In this document: piece by piece, positions 10,443 to 19,860 of the stretch
How the letters are laid out: each line of letters begins with the position of its first letter
How positions within the stretch are numbered: position 1 is the first letter of the stretch
IMG/VR virus record: IMGVR_UViG_3300032229_000588
Coordinates: 1-64,000 of that record
Length of the DNA: 64,000 nucleotides
From: a virus
Strand: one strand, 5' to 3'
Notes under the pieces: generated by a model
Database searches by the model: none
Told to the model about the DNA's origin: nothing
The model's input: only the letters and a program-made list of their open reading frames with translations
Translations under genes and position numbers: made by a program

Positions 10443-13400
10443 TAGTTAAACTTCGCTTTTGATATATATACGTCGGCAGATAATTCATCATTCCACGTTT
10501 TATTATTTGTATTTTGGTTTTCAATCGAACCTAACCCTTTGATTAAAGTTTCTTGAGGTTTTGTTCCCGCATTTTCAGTCGTGTAACTGAATACACGTTT
10601 TTTAGTTGGATAAGGGGTGTATTTTAAGAAAGGTTCTAATTTAACTTTTTCTTGACTTGTTATAAACTCTTTAGTTAAATTATTTTCTTCATTAAATAAT
10701 GGTTTTGCAATTTTATCCCAATATGCATCAAACTGTTCGCTTAATTTAGTACCGTCCCATCCATCACCAATAAGCCCCTGATTATTAATTATATTACCAA
10801 TCATAGCATTTTTAAAGGTTTCATATTTTTTTGAATCAACAACATCATCAGACAATAACATATATACCATTTTAAATGTCGTATTTTCAAATGTTGCTGT
10901 TGGACTTAAGTTAACATAACTTTGATTTTTAGAAATTGGTACAAATACTTTTACCCCTTGAGGGAAAGTATAATTTGGCGGGAAAACTAAATAAACTCCA
11001 GCATATAATTTACCGTCGCCAGGATTTAAGAAAGAACTTGGAGTCATTACGACTTTATTAAATTCAGTAATTCCACTGTTAATTTTTTTGATATCAAGTA
11101 CCAATTCTTCTAATGTGTTTGTAACACCTTGAGAACTAGTATCAACCTCTAAAGTTGGTATTGTAATGTATGTAATAACATTTCCATTTTTTTGTTGTGA
11201 ACCATCAGTACCAGTATTCGTAAATGATGGAACAGTATATGAAATAGTATTAGCTCTAGCAATATAACCAACATAAGTTTGTTGGGTATTAACAATACTC
11301 TGAGTAATGTTAGTTACCGCATTTTGATACGTTCCTCGTTTATCGTTAAGTATTTTAGCATAATTTTCTTTTACTTGTCGAATTACTTTGTTTGAAAAGT
11401 TTTTTTGAGAATTATCAATAAATTGAATAAATCCTTCGTCACCTTGTTTAACATCTTTAATTAAGTCGTTGAAAATATCATCGATTCTTTTTTCAAAATT
11501 ATATGGTTTTCCAAATAAAATAGTATCACTGTTTTCAGTTAACAAGAACTTACCTTGTTGATAATTTCTCTCTAACATCCACTGTTGACGTAAAGCGTTG
11601 TTATACTGATTTACAGCTTCTTTATTTTTATTTACAACATTTGTAAAATAATTTTGTGTTTCAGCCACCAACTTATCCATAAAAGTTTGATAACTAATAG
11701 TACCTGTTTGACCCGTTTCACTAATAACATTTGTCAATATTGTACCAATTGTACTTTCATTTGATAAACCATTGTTTGGTTCCGCACTATTGATGGATGG
11801 TGGTGGTACATTAGATAATGCCGCAAATTGTAAAAATTCTTTATCCAATACTTGATAACTTGTATCGGTAACATCTGCCCTATCATCATAAATCTCAGTA
11901 TTTGCATAGTAGTTAAATGTTAGTGCGTTCTGTAATCTATCAACAGACTCTTTCAATCCACTACCACCAACAAAGTTAAATTGCATCTGAACTTTAGCAA
12001 TCATAGGTTGAACCCCAATACCTTCAGGGTTAATATCTAAATTTTCATAACTTATACTCAAACTTGTTGGTATAATCTTGGTATTATAAAAGTCTCCAAC
12101 CCTTAAAATAAGAACTGGTGGAGCCCCAAATGCAGTGTTAGTAGCATTATTATATTCTAACACATCCTTACCCCCAATAGACTTAACCACAGGTATTGTA
12201 TCACCAGGTCTCATACATTGTTGTAAGAAGGTTAATCTCGTATTTAAACCTTCAGGTGTTGTTGAGTGGAAAGCTGGTTGGAAAAACTTTAATTTATCTT
12301 TAAGATTATCAAACACCATTGGTGTTTCTTCTTTAATAACTTCAAAATAATCACACTCAGATAAAAGAGCTCTTAAAACTCTTTTTGTAATATTATCTCT
12401 TGGTGCCCAAGTTTCTTCAACTGTTGTTTGAGTCTCAGTTGTTGTAACAACATTACCCGTAACAACTGTTTGTGTTCTTTGTGCAGGAGTTGTAGGTATT
12501 GGTTGCGGAACCTTTAAATTAGATTTAATATTAGAAATATATGCCCTTCTACATGACATAGCATTTATTGTATATATTTCTTTAGAAACTGATTGAGTGT
12601 CACCACCAACAGCTTGACCATCGTTGTCAGTACAATTCACAACATTCCCTACGGGTGAAAGTCCCTCAATGGAATATGGTGCTTGAGTTGTTTTAGATTT
12701 TAAAGGTTGTGATGTTGTTTGTTCTCCAAAACCTGTACCACTAAGTACTAATAATCTTTTTTCTTTCATCCATTTGGATGTTGCAGGATTGTTTTCAAAA
12801 AATTTAATAACAGAATTAATTCTTCGAGCCGACAATGATTTGTTATACGCGACCGTTTGAGGGGCAGAACAACTTGAATTAACATAAACAGTTACAGTAC
12901 CGCTTTCACTATTTTTTAATTGTTCTGCAACATCAATAGCGAATTGTTTAGCAACTTCGTAGTTTGGCATAACCACAGTATTATAAAACTCATCCAATTG
13001 TGGTCCATTTGATTTTTTAGAATATGTTGGTTTTTCACCAATATATTCGGTATACATTTCTTCATAGTTTGGAGATGTTTTAGGTTGTGGATAGTCGTTT
13101 GAAAAATAAAATCCAAGTTGCTTATACTTGTTAAAATAATCTTCACTACCTGCGCCACTACCTCCCGAACCAGAAGCTCCTCCACCACTATTATTTGCGG
13201 CAACTTGGTCAGTTACAGTTATCTCACTAACCGCATATTGCATCTGTTCTTTTGTAATCTCCTTTGATGTTATCGCTTGTTGGATTTGGAACAAATCGTT
13301 AGGGTTAATTGTATAATATTTTTTAGCTAATTCATATAGGTCGTATTTTCTACATCCAGCAAAGAATGAATCTAAAATACTATCAATTCTTGGTTTGTTA

Positions 13401-15514
13401 GTTTCGTTAGCTAAAACCTTATTTACAATAACATTCAATACTGATGGGTGGTCAACCACAATATCCCAACTTAAACTACCACTTCTACTTGTATTTTTAT
13501 AAGTATAAATTGGTTCAGGTCTTCCAATAAAGTCATTACCTTGCCAACTTGCCTGAACGGACTCATTGAATGTTAGATTATATGGTGGGAACCACATAAC
13601 TCGACCTCCATTAGGTCCTCTCTCACACACCGCCAAATCTGAAACCGAATAACCTGGAGTATTTGATGTTGCCCATGCCAAGTTTTCTAATGAGAACATA
13701 TACTTTTTAGCATAAGCGTTATTCATTGTTCCAATTATATTTGTTGAGTCTTGCCCCCCTTCTTGTTTGTTTGGAGCAATGTTAAGGTTGTATGTCTTAT
13801 CTAAAACAGACCAAGCAAATCTTCTACCTTCGGTTGTAATACCGTCAGTTTTTTGAAGGTCGTTGTATTGTAAGTAAGGAATGTCTTTGGCAAATACACG
13901 ACAATATTCAGTTCCGACTTCTTGTCCAATAGCCCCAACATAACTTAACACTCTTGAACCTTTAGTCATTTCTTTGTATCCATCGTTGAATACCTTACTG
14001 ACTTGGTCAATTGCATTACCCGCATGTTTTAAACGATTACCACCTTGTGGTTGACTATCAATAATTCTTTGGGTGTCGTCAAGGATTGAACCTTCTCTGA
14101 ATGTTCTTTGAGTAGACTCAGTCGAGTTGTATGATGATGGTTTAAAGTCCTCATCTTCGTTTGTAATCTCTCCACCAATACCAACTTTCTTACCCGCATT
14201 ACCTTTATACTTTGGAGATACCCATGTGAATCCACCTTCAATACCCCCACCATTACTGTAAGTCGGTCCGTTAGCACCAAGTCTAATCTCTTTACTTGGT
14301 CCCTCATATAATTGAGCCAGTACTTCAGGTCCATAAACAGGTGATTGTTGTTCAAATCCAAAGGCATTGTTTGGAAGTGCCCCTGATGGAGAAAAGATTC
14401 TTGATGGGTCTGATGTTGTTGAACCAATATAATAGTTGGCATTGTTTGTGTTGGTACCAACAAGAGCACCACCCAATCTATCAATTAAAGTTCTATCGTA
14501 ACTTGGTTTATATTTGTTAAAGTTAATGTTCTTAAACAATAACGATTTTTGACCTTGTCCTGTATTTTCGTAAAATATTTGAGAACCAGTCTTACCAGCA
14601 CCTAAAAGATTACTAATTAAATTACCTACCGCAGCAATAGGATTACCAAGAAGTGCTTGACCAATCGTTGAAGGCTGTGGTGGGTTAACATTTGGGTCCC
14701 AATATGAACCAGGTATAGTTGAGAACGGTACTTGACTTCCCGCAAGACTCAATCCAAATTGTGCAGCAGCACCAATTGGGTTAGAAGGTACCGTAATATT
14801 ATAATTTGGTTCAATTAAAGGTACATTACCTGTTAAAATATTAACAAGATTACTACTACTATTAACATTTAATATGTTGGCTTTACCTAAAGTTTCTCTA
14901 ATGATTGCTCGTCCAATTCGGTCTTCAAATTCTTTCTTTAAAGTTTTGGCACCTAAACGAGCAATAAACGAGTCAGCACTCAATAAACCATTACTACCTT
15001 GAGGGTCAGGGTTTAATAATATTGATATTGGTCTATAGGATGATGGATTAAATCTTGGGTATGGTTGTCCGTTTGCAGGTCTATCTTGGTCAGGAGTAAC
15101 AACTTCTAAAGACACAACCGCTTCACCCGCATCAAAATTATTTGGACTTGAGTAAGCGTTTAATGGTCTCCATAATTGAGTTGCTGCAAATCCTGTATCA
15201 ACAATGTGTGCGTCTTGTTGTCCAGGTCCGTATTCACCTTGGTTAGACGTTGTGTTTAAATTACCCGTTAAGTCAGGAGCAAACTCATATCCCCCCTCAT
15301 TACCCCACCTGTTAAGTGGATATTGTTTGTCGGCAAAAAATGTTGTATCAATTAAGAAATCGGGTGAATCAACAGGTGTTAAATCTTGTTGAATTACTTC
15401 ATAAGTAATTGGTGGCGTAGCAGGACTTGGCGATTTAGCATAAGGTACTAAATTACGAGTCATCAGTTTTTTTCTGAATCCTTCGGTGCTAATATAATCT
15501 AACGGACTACCCAT
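10442..15514 (-). CDS. Large baseplate/tail-tube-initiator-like protein with inserted OmpA-like domain
   Basis: 1690 aa. Tube-initiator-like segments (FNESVQASWQGNDFIGRPEPIYTYKNTSRSGSLSW; PPVLILRVGDFYNTKIIPTSLSISYE) flank an OmpA_C-like region (YFSNDYP...SSCSAPQTVAYNKSLSARRINSVIKFF...GFGEQ...CRRAYI). Confidence 0.65.
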   Translation of the reverse strand: MGSPLDYISTEGFRKKLMTRNLVPYAKSPSPATPPITYEVIQQDLTPVDSPDFLIDTTFFADKQYPLNRWGNEGGYEFAPDLTGNLNTTSNQGEYGPGQQDAHIVDTGFAATQLWRPLNAYSSPNNFDAGEAVVSLEVVTPDQDRPANGQPYPRFNPSSYRPISILLNPDPQGSNGLLSADSFIARLGAKTLKKEFEDRIGRAIIRETLGKANILNVNSSSNLVNILTGNVPLIEPNYNITVPSNPIGAAAQFGLSLAGSQVPFSTIPGSYWDPNVNPPQPSTIGQALLGNPIAAVGNLISNLLGAGKTGSQIFYENTGQGQKSLLFKNINFNKYKPSYDRTLIDRLGGALVGTNTNNANYYIGSTTSDPSRIFSPSGALPNNAFGFEQQSPVYGPEVLAQLYEGPSKEIRLGANGPTYSNGGGIEGGFTWVSPKYKGNAGKKVGIGGEITNEDEDFKPSSYNSTESTQRTFREGSILDDTQRIIDSQPQGGNRLKHAGNAIDQVSKVFNDGYKEMTKGSRVLSYVGAIGQEVGTEYCRVFAKDIPYLQYNDLQKTDGITTEGRRFAWSVLDKTYNLNIAPNKQEGGQDSTNIIGTMNNAYAKKYMFSLENLAWATSNTPGYSVSDLAVCERGPNGGRVMWFPPYNLTFNESVQASWQGNDFIGRPEPIYTYKNTSRSGSLSWDIVVDHPSVLNVIVNKVLANETNKPRIDSILDSFFAGCRKYDLYELAKKYYTINPNDLFQIQQAITSKEITKEQMQYAVSEITVTDQVAANNSGGGASGSGGSGAGSEDYFNKYKQLGFYFSNDYPQPKTSPNYEEMYTEYIGEKPTYSKKSNGPQLDEFYNTVVMPNYEVAKQFAIDVAEQLKNSESGTVTVYVNSSCSAPQTVAYNKSLSARRINSVIKFFENNPATSKWMKEKRLLVLSGTGFGEQTTSQPLKSKTTQAPYSIEGLSPVGNVVNCTDNDGQAVGGDTQSVSKEIYTINAMSCRRAYISNIKSNLKVPQPIPTTPAQRTQTVVTGNVVTTTETQTTVEETWAPRDNITKRVLRALLSECDYFEVIKEETPMVFDNLKDKLKFFQPAFHSTTPEGLNTRLTFLQQCMRPGDTIPVVKSIGGKDVLEYNNATNTAFGAPPVLILRVGDFYNTKIIPTSLSISYENLDINPEGIGVQPMIAKVQMQFNFVGGSGLKESVDRLQNALTFNYYANTEIYDDRADVTDTSYQVLDKEFLQFAALSNVPPPSINSAEPNNGLSNESTIGTILTNVISETGQTGTISYQTFMDKLVAETQNYFTNVVNKNKEAVNQYNNALRQQWMLERNYQQGKFLLTENSDTILFGKPYNFEKRIDDIFNDLIKDVKQGDEGFIQFIDNSQKNFSNKVIRQVKENYAKILNDKRGTYQNAVTNITQSIVNTQQTYVGYIARANTISYTVPSFTNTGTDGSQQKNGNVITYITIPTLEVDTSSQGVTNTLEELVLDIKKINSGITEFNKVVMTPSSFLNPGDGKLYAGVYLVFPPNYTFPQGVKVFVPISKNQSYVNLSPTATFENTTFKMVYMLLSDDVVDSKKYETFKNAMIGNIINNQGLIGDGWDGTKLSEQFDAYWDKIAKPLFNEENNLTKEFITSQEKVKLEPFLKYTPYPTKKRVFSYTTENAGTKPQETLIKGLGSIENQNTNNKTWNDELSADVYISKAKFN

Positions 15515-15555
15515 TTATATCTTTACTAATAAATAGGTTGATTGAGTTTTTTTTA

Positions 15556-17397
15556 TCATTGGTAACTAATAACACCTGAACCTTTTGTATCTTTTCCAAG
15601 AGTGGCAACATATTGTTTAAATCCTTCACTATTGAATATTTGAGTTAATTGTTGTTGTGTTAATCCATTGGCACCAACAGGACCATCTATAGTTATTTTA
15701 ATACTACCCGTTACGTTATTTGTAACATTAGTTGTTTTTGGTTGAGTGGTTTCAATTTGTTTTGACGCCATTTTAGATTGTATTGTTTCACCTAAAATTT
15801 GAGCATCACTAATTGGTTTTACATTTGCTCTTTCTTTTACCGCCTCAGCAGCTGCTGTTGGTCTACCCACAGCATTTAAAACTTCATTAGCATATGTCCT
15901 AAATTCTTTTTCAATACCACTTGAACCTTTAACATTTTTACTTGTTATTTCTAAAACATCTTTAAGTGCTTCCATACCTTTATCACCAAGAGTTCCAGCC
16001 TGTTTAAGAATACCATCTTCCAAAGCCTTAATCTTTTTGGCAAAATCATCTTGGGACAATTTACCAGCATCTTTTTCAACAAACAACGCCCTCATCTTAT
16101 CAATTGCACCTGTAACACTTTTAGTAATCTCAGCACTTTCAGGAACTGTTTTATCAACAGCCTTTGCTAATGCCCCCATAATTCTGTCCGCACCCATAAG
16201 GTTTTCACGAATTACTGGTGTAGCTGCAACACCAAAAGTACCTTTAGCAAGGTTAGCCCTAAGGGACGCATCTATATTTTCTAAAACCCCTAATTGACTT
16301 ATCGAAATATCTTCAAGTGTTTTAGGTCTGTTTTCTTGAATCTCTTTTAATTTATTAAATTCGTCTTGAGTTAAATCACTTAATTTCTTTTGTTCAATAA
16401 TACCTGTTTGGTCATTTTTAAGTTGGACAACATATTGACCGTCTTTCATTGTCGCCATATTTGCCAACAATTGTTTGTCCTCTTCTTTTTCAAATTGTAT
16501 TTCAGGACTAATCGCAGATATTCTTTTGTCCAAATCTGCCGCAGCTAAAGCCGCCTTACTTAAAGAACCAGCCGACATTCCCGCTTCTTGTTCAATTTCC
16601 TTTAACATTAAAACACCTTGTGGGTTTATTTTAAATGTTTTCGTTTTTTCGTCAAACTCTGTAAATTGTTTTGCGGCTTTAATAATACTATCTTGTAATC
16701 CTGAAGGGTCAGTCAATGATTGATTCATTAATGCAAATGGGTCAGTTAAGTTCCCAATAGACACTCCTAATCTTTGTAAACCTGCCGCGGTTTCAATTGC
16801 ACCTTCAGGCGTTAAAACTTTTTCAGCGAAATTAAACGTCTCTTGCATATCAAACCTCAACATTGAAGCTTGAGCCGCCATTTTTGCCATACCTTGAACC
16901 CCACCTTCAAATTGGTATCGGTTCATTTTGGACATGTTTTCATTAACATCTCCCATTACATCCTTAGCATTTAATCCAACACTTTGAATGTATTCAATTG
17001 AACTTTCAAGGTTTGTACCTATTTGAGATGCTTCAATACCGACTTCCGCAAAATTATTAACTAAGTCCTTTGATGTTCCACCTAATAATGTCGTAGCCGC
17101 ATATAACTTTGAAACTTGTTCTTCAGTGGCAATTACATTTCGTTTTGAACCTTCAGCAATTTCTGCCATTGTTCTAGATGCCGCAGCAGCATCCCCACCT
17201 AAACGAATGACACCCGCAGCAGACCTTGCAACCGCGTCCGCCATTTCATCCATTCGGGTTCTTCCTTGGAGAAACGCTTTGTTCAGCTCTTCAGCTTGTT
17301 CAAACATGTCTCCCATTGACTCAAGAATTCTGTCAATTGGTTTACCAATACCCTCAATCGATTTTTTTAGATTTTCAAAATCTTCTTGTGATGCCAT
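15556..17397 (-). CDS. Tape measure protein (probable)
   Basis: 613 aa, Ala/Gln/Met-rich and helical; canonical position after tube and chaperone and before baseplate genes. Confidence 0.7.
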   Translation of the reverse strand: MASQEDFENLKKSIEGIGKPIDRILESMGDMFEQAEELNKAFLQGRTRMDEMADAVARSAAGVIRLGGDAAAASRTMAEIAEGSKRNVIATEEQVSKLYAATTLLGGTSKDLVNNFAEVGIEASQIGTNLESSIEYIQSVGLNAKDVMGDVNENMSKMNRYQFEGGVQGMAKMAAQASMLRFDMQETFNFAEKVLTPEGAIETAAGLQRLGVSIGNLTDPFALMNQSLTDPSGLQDSIIKAAKQFTEFDEKTKTFKINPQGVLMLKEIEQEAGMSAGSLSKAALAAADLDKRISAISPEIQFEKEEDKQLLANMATMKDGQYVVQLKNDQTGIIEQKKLSDLTQDEFNKLKEIQENRPKTLEDISISQLGVLENIDASLRANLAKGTFGVAATPVIRENLMGADRIMGALAKAVDKTVPESAEITKSVTGAIDKMRALFVEKDAGKLSQDDFAKKIKALEDGILKQAGTLGDKGMEALKDVLEITSKNVKGSSGIEKEFRTYANEVLNAVGRPTAAAEAVKERANVKPISDAQILGETIQSKMASKQIETTQPKTTNVTNNVTGSIKITIDGPVGANGLTQQQLTQIFNSEGFKQYVATLGKDTKGSGVISYQ

Positions 17398-17426
17398 TTA
17401 GTTTTTTTGGTTTCTATATAAATAGA

Positions 17427-17453
17427 AGAAGGACTAATTTTTTTAGTCCTTCT
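17427..17453 (-). terminator. Hairpin overlapping the stop of the chaperone extension ORF
   Basis: AGAAGGACTA (17427-17436) / TAGTCCTTCT (17444-17453). Confidence 0.45.
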
Positions 17454-17601
17454 GATTATCTTCTATCCATTTATTAAGTAGATATTTTCTAACAAATATT
17501 GGCATCCTCTCAAAATCTTGATAAGAAACCTTCATTAACGTAGTTAAATAATAAAATTCGTCGATTTGACTTTTCCTATACTCAGAAGAAAGGGCGAAAA
17601 A
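17443..17601 (-). CDS. Tail assembly chaperone C-terminal extension (GT-like), probably expressed by frameshift
   Basis: Not in the ORF track. The +1 frame relative to ORF 17582..18325 reads FFALSSEYRKSQIDEFYYLTTLMKVSYQDFERMPIFVRKYLLNKWIEDNQKD*. The only ATG near the start (17535) gives just 30 aa. Confidence 0.65.
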   Translation of the reverse strand, partial: FFALSSEYRKSQIDEFYYLTTLMKVSYQDFERMPIFVRKYLLNKWIEDNQKD

Positions 17602-18325
17602 AGTCGACCCCAAAACCAACATTTACTGTTAGTCTTTCTCCTGACGGGGTCATAATTGTTTTGTTCATGTCTAATCTTGGTTCATTTTCATTCATAAAGT
17701 TTCTAATGAACTTTGAATCAGCAATTGGCATTGACTCAATAAACTTAGCAATTTGTGCCTTATCTCTTGAACCGTCAACCTCTAATATTTCTTTTTCCAT
17801 TCTCCAAGTAACTCTCGGAACAACTCGACCTTGTGGGTATGTTGAAGCCATACGATTAATATCTTGAATCTCACCGTATGATAATGGTTTAATTTTAATT
17901 GTTGATTGTGATTTTGGTAGCATTATAGTAAATGTTCCGTCCTCATTTGGTTTTTGATTACTAATAATAGACAATTCATCTAACATTACTGTGGTTTGGA
18001 ATTGTTTCTTAGTGGTGGGGTCTGTAACATTTAATGTCATTTCAGGACCAAACGCAGTATTTCTTAAAAAGATAAGAATCGCCTCAACGTCACCTTCAAT
18101 TAAGTCTTCAACTTTAATATCTGGTTCGTATATTTTAGCTCTTAACAAACTCATTGTTAAGTCATTAGCACCACCCATCAAAATGTTTTCATCTGATGCG
18201 GTAAGGTAACCAACTTTAATTGCCTTCTTCTTATTTTTGTAAAACACACCTTGTGAAGGTAGTTGAACCACGTCATGTGGTAGTGTGAAATTGTCTTGAC
18301 CGTAGTCTCTTGCTTGATTGTCCAT
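17582..18325 (-). CDS. Tail/baseplate hub assembly chaperone (T4 gp26/gp51-like)
   Basis: VVQLPSQGVFY...GYLTASDENIL...LIEGDVEAILIFLRNTAFG; ends GVDFFRPFF; lies between tube and tape measure. Confidence 0.75.
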   Translation of the reverse strand: MDNQARDYGQDNFTLPHDVVQLPSQGVFYKNKKKAIKVGYLTASDENILMGGANDLTMSLLRAKIYEPDIKVEDLIEGDVEAILIFLRNTAFGPEMTLNVTDPTTKKQFQTTVMLDELSIISNQKPNEDGTFTIMLPKSQSTIKIKPLSYGEIQDINRMASTYPQGRVVPRVTWRMEKEILEVDGSRDKAQIAKFIESMPIADSKFIRNFMNENEPRLDMNKTIMTPSGERLTVNVGFGVDFFRPFF

Positions 18326-18327
18326 AT

Positions 18328-18364
18328 AAAAAAATAACCGTAAAGTTTATTAGCTTTACGGTTA
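18328..18364 (-). terminator. Intrinsic terminator/attenuator after the tail tube gene
   Basis: TAACCGTAAAG / CTTTACGGTTA 11-bp stem with a T-run on the - strand, ending just before the chaperone ATG. Confidence 0.7.
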
Positions 18365-18397
18365 AATATAAATGAATATGATTTTATGTAAATAGTA

Positions 18398-18886
18398 TTA
18401 GTATACTAACACACATCTGTCCATTCTTAAAGAAGCTGTGATATCCGCTAACGCATCCTGACTGTAAGATAACGCTCCGAAGTTTACATCAGTTAAGAAT
18501 GTTCCATAAAGAATCCATTTCTCAACAACAACTCCTGTAGGGTCCAACATTTCAAGGTCAATGTCTTTTTTGTAACCCGCAGCATAACCCATACGACCTG
18601 TCACTGATTCAGCGTGTAAACGAACCCACTCCATAAGTGCTTGAGCCGCAGAAGGTCCAATAGGGTCACGGAACTTAACACTAATTGGGTCCCAGTTAAA
18701 TCTACCTGCAACGAATGTAGATGTGTTTAAGAATTGAATTTCAGTTGCTCCAATCTTGATAGATGGTCTTGAAGCACTTTCAACAAACCATTCGTTAATA
18801 CCTAAACTTGATGGAAACCTTAAGATGAAACGGTTCTGGCGTTTCGGTTCGTAAGGTATCGGCATTTTCATTAATAAATCAGCCAT
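18398..18886 (-). CDS. Tail tube protein (T4 gp19-like fold)
   Basis: YEPKRQNRFIL...SASRPSI...AGRFNWDPISVKFRD...YKKDIDLEMLDPTGVVVEKWILYGTF; downstream of sheath. Confidence 0.9.
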   Translation of the reverse strand: MADLLMKMPIPYEPKRQNRFILRFPSSLGINEWFVESASRPSIKIGATEIQFLNTSTFVAGRFNWDPISVKFRDPIGPSAAQALMEWVRLHAESVTGRMGYAAGYKKDIDLEMLDPTGVVVEKWILYGTFLTDVNFGALSYSQDALADITASLRMDRCVLVY

Positions 18887-18984
18887 GTTATTTTAATTTT
18901 TGTTTTTTTTTGTTGTTTATATCCTATAAATATAGTCTTGTTAAAAATTTTTTCTCTTTACTTTTAATTTGTCGGGATTATAAT

Positions 18985-19815
18985 CTACTTATATTCCTTC
19001 TTAACGCCTCCAGCAGTAGAATAAGTTTTAACTATATTATCTGGTTTATCTTTAAAATGTTTACTCATTACTTCTACATTTCTAACATCATCATCTGAGA
19101 ATCCAATACTAGGTTGCTCTGGAACAAAGTTATTAGATACATCATTTTTAAAAAATGCTCTTTTATTTAAGTCATTTGCCATTTGTTTAATATAAGAAAC
19201 AAATCCTTCCATAGCACGAACTTTTGCTTCTTCGGGGTTGGCGGCACCTTCTTCATCGTCAAAAGACACTGGATGATATTTGTTAAGGTCTAAATACGAC
19301 TTGATTAATTCATCGTCCGTCATATCGTCCTCGTCATAAAACGACCTGTATTTTTTAAGGTTCTTAACGAGTTGGTCTTTATCTATACCATTAAATCCGT
19401 CAATAATATAATTGTAAACGGCTTGTTTTAAAGTGTTGGGGTTATGACCTCTTGCCGTGATGATGGAAAATATTGAACCATTATTAATTGCTTCTCTAAA
19501 ATCATTAAACGCTGGTCCAAGTTTTGCTCTCATCGCATCGACCAAGAAATCTTTATCACCTTCAGTTCTAAAATTTTTAAAAGGGTCTTCACCGAATCCA
19601 ACAATAGTATCTCCGTTATATTCAAAATCTTCTTTTCCGATTATACTTCTGTATTCGGCAAAATCATCAGTACTCATACCAACTTCGTCACCATCTTCAG
19701 TTTTTAATATTATCTTTGTTGGCATATGGACAATATTATCATCCCAATCAAAAGCATAATATTTCATATCTGGTGTTCCCTCACCTTTAAATCCCTCTCT
19801 AAGTTGTCTTTTCAT
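18985..19815 (-). CDS. HAD-superfamily phosphatase-like protein
   Basis: Motif I YAFDWDDNI, motif II IITARGH, a conserved K (EEAK), motif IV GFSDDD. Likely start is ATG 19815 (MKRQLREG). Confidence 0.7.
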   Translation of the reverse strand: MKRQLREGFKGEGTPDMKYYAFDWDDNIVHMPTKIILKTEDGDEVGMSTDDFAEYRSIIGKEDFEYNGDTIVGFGEDPFKNFRTEGDKDFLVDAMRAKLGPAFNDFREAINNGSIFSIITARGHNPNTLKQAVYNYIIDGFNGIDKDQLVKNLKKYRSFYDEDDMTDDELIKSYLDLNKYHPVSFDDEEGAANPEEAKVRAMEGFVSYIKQMANDLNKRAFFKNDVSNNFVPEQPSIGFSDDDVRNVEVMSKHFKDKPDNIVKTYSTAGGVKKEYK

Positions 19816-19823
19816 ATTTGGCA

Positions 19824-19850
19824 AATAAAGGGGGTATGATTAGTACCCCC
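19824..19850 (-). terminator. Hairpin/terminator after the sheath gene
   Basis: GGGGGTA / TACCCCC stem followed by TTTATTT on the - strand. Confidence 0.55.
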
Positions 19851-19860
19851 GTTAAGTTTA

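Noticed and set aside
478-17477. Numerous short ORFs overlapping the large genes (e.g. 478, 1086, 5859, 14029, 16037)
   Set aside because: They are antisense or out-of-frame to well-supported genes and have no recognisable motifs.
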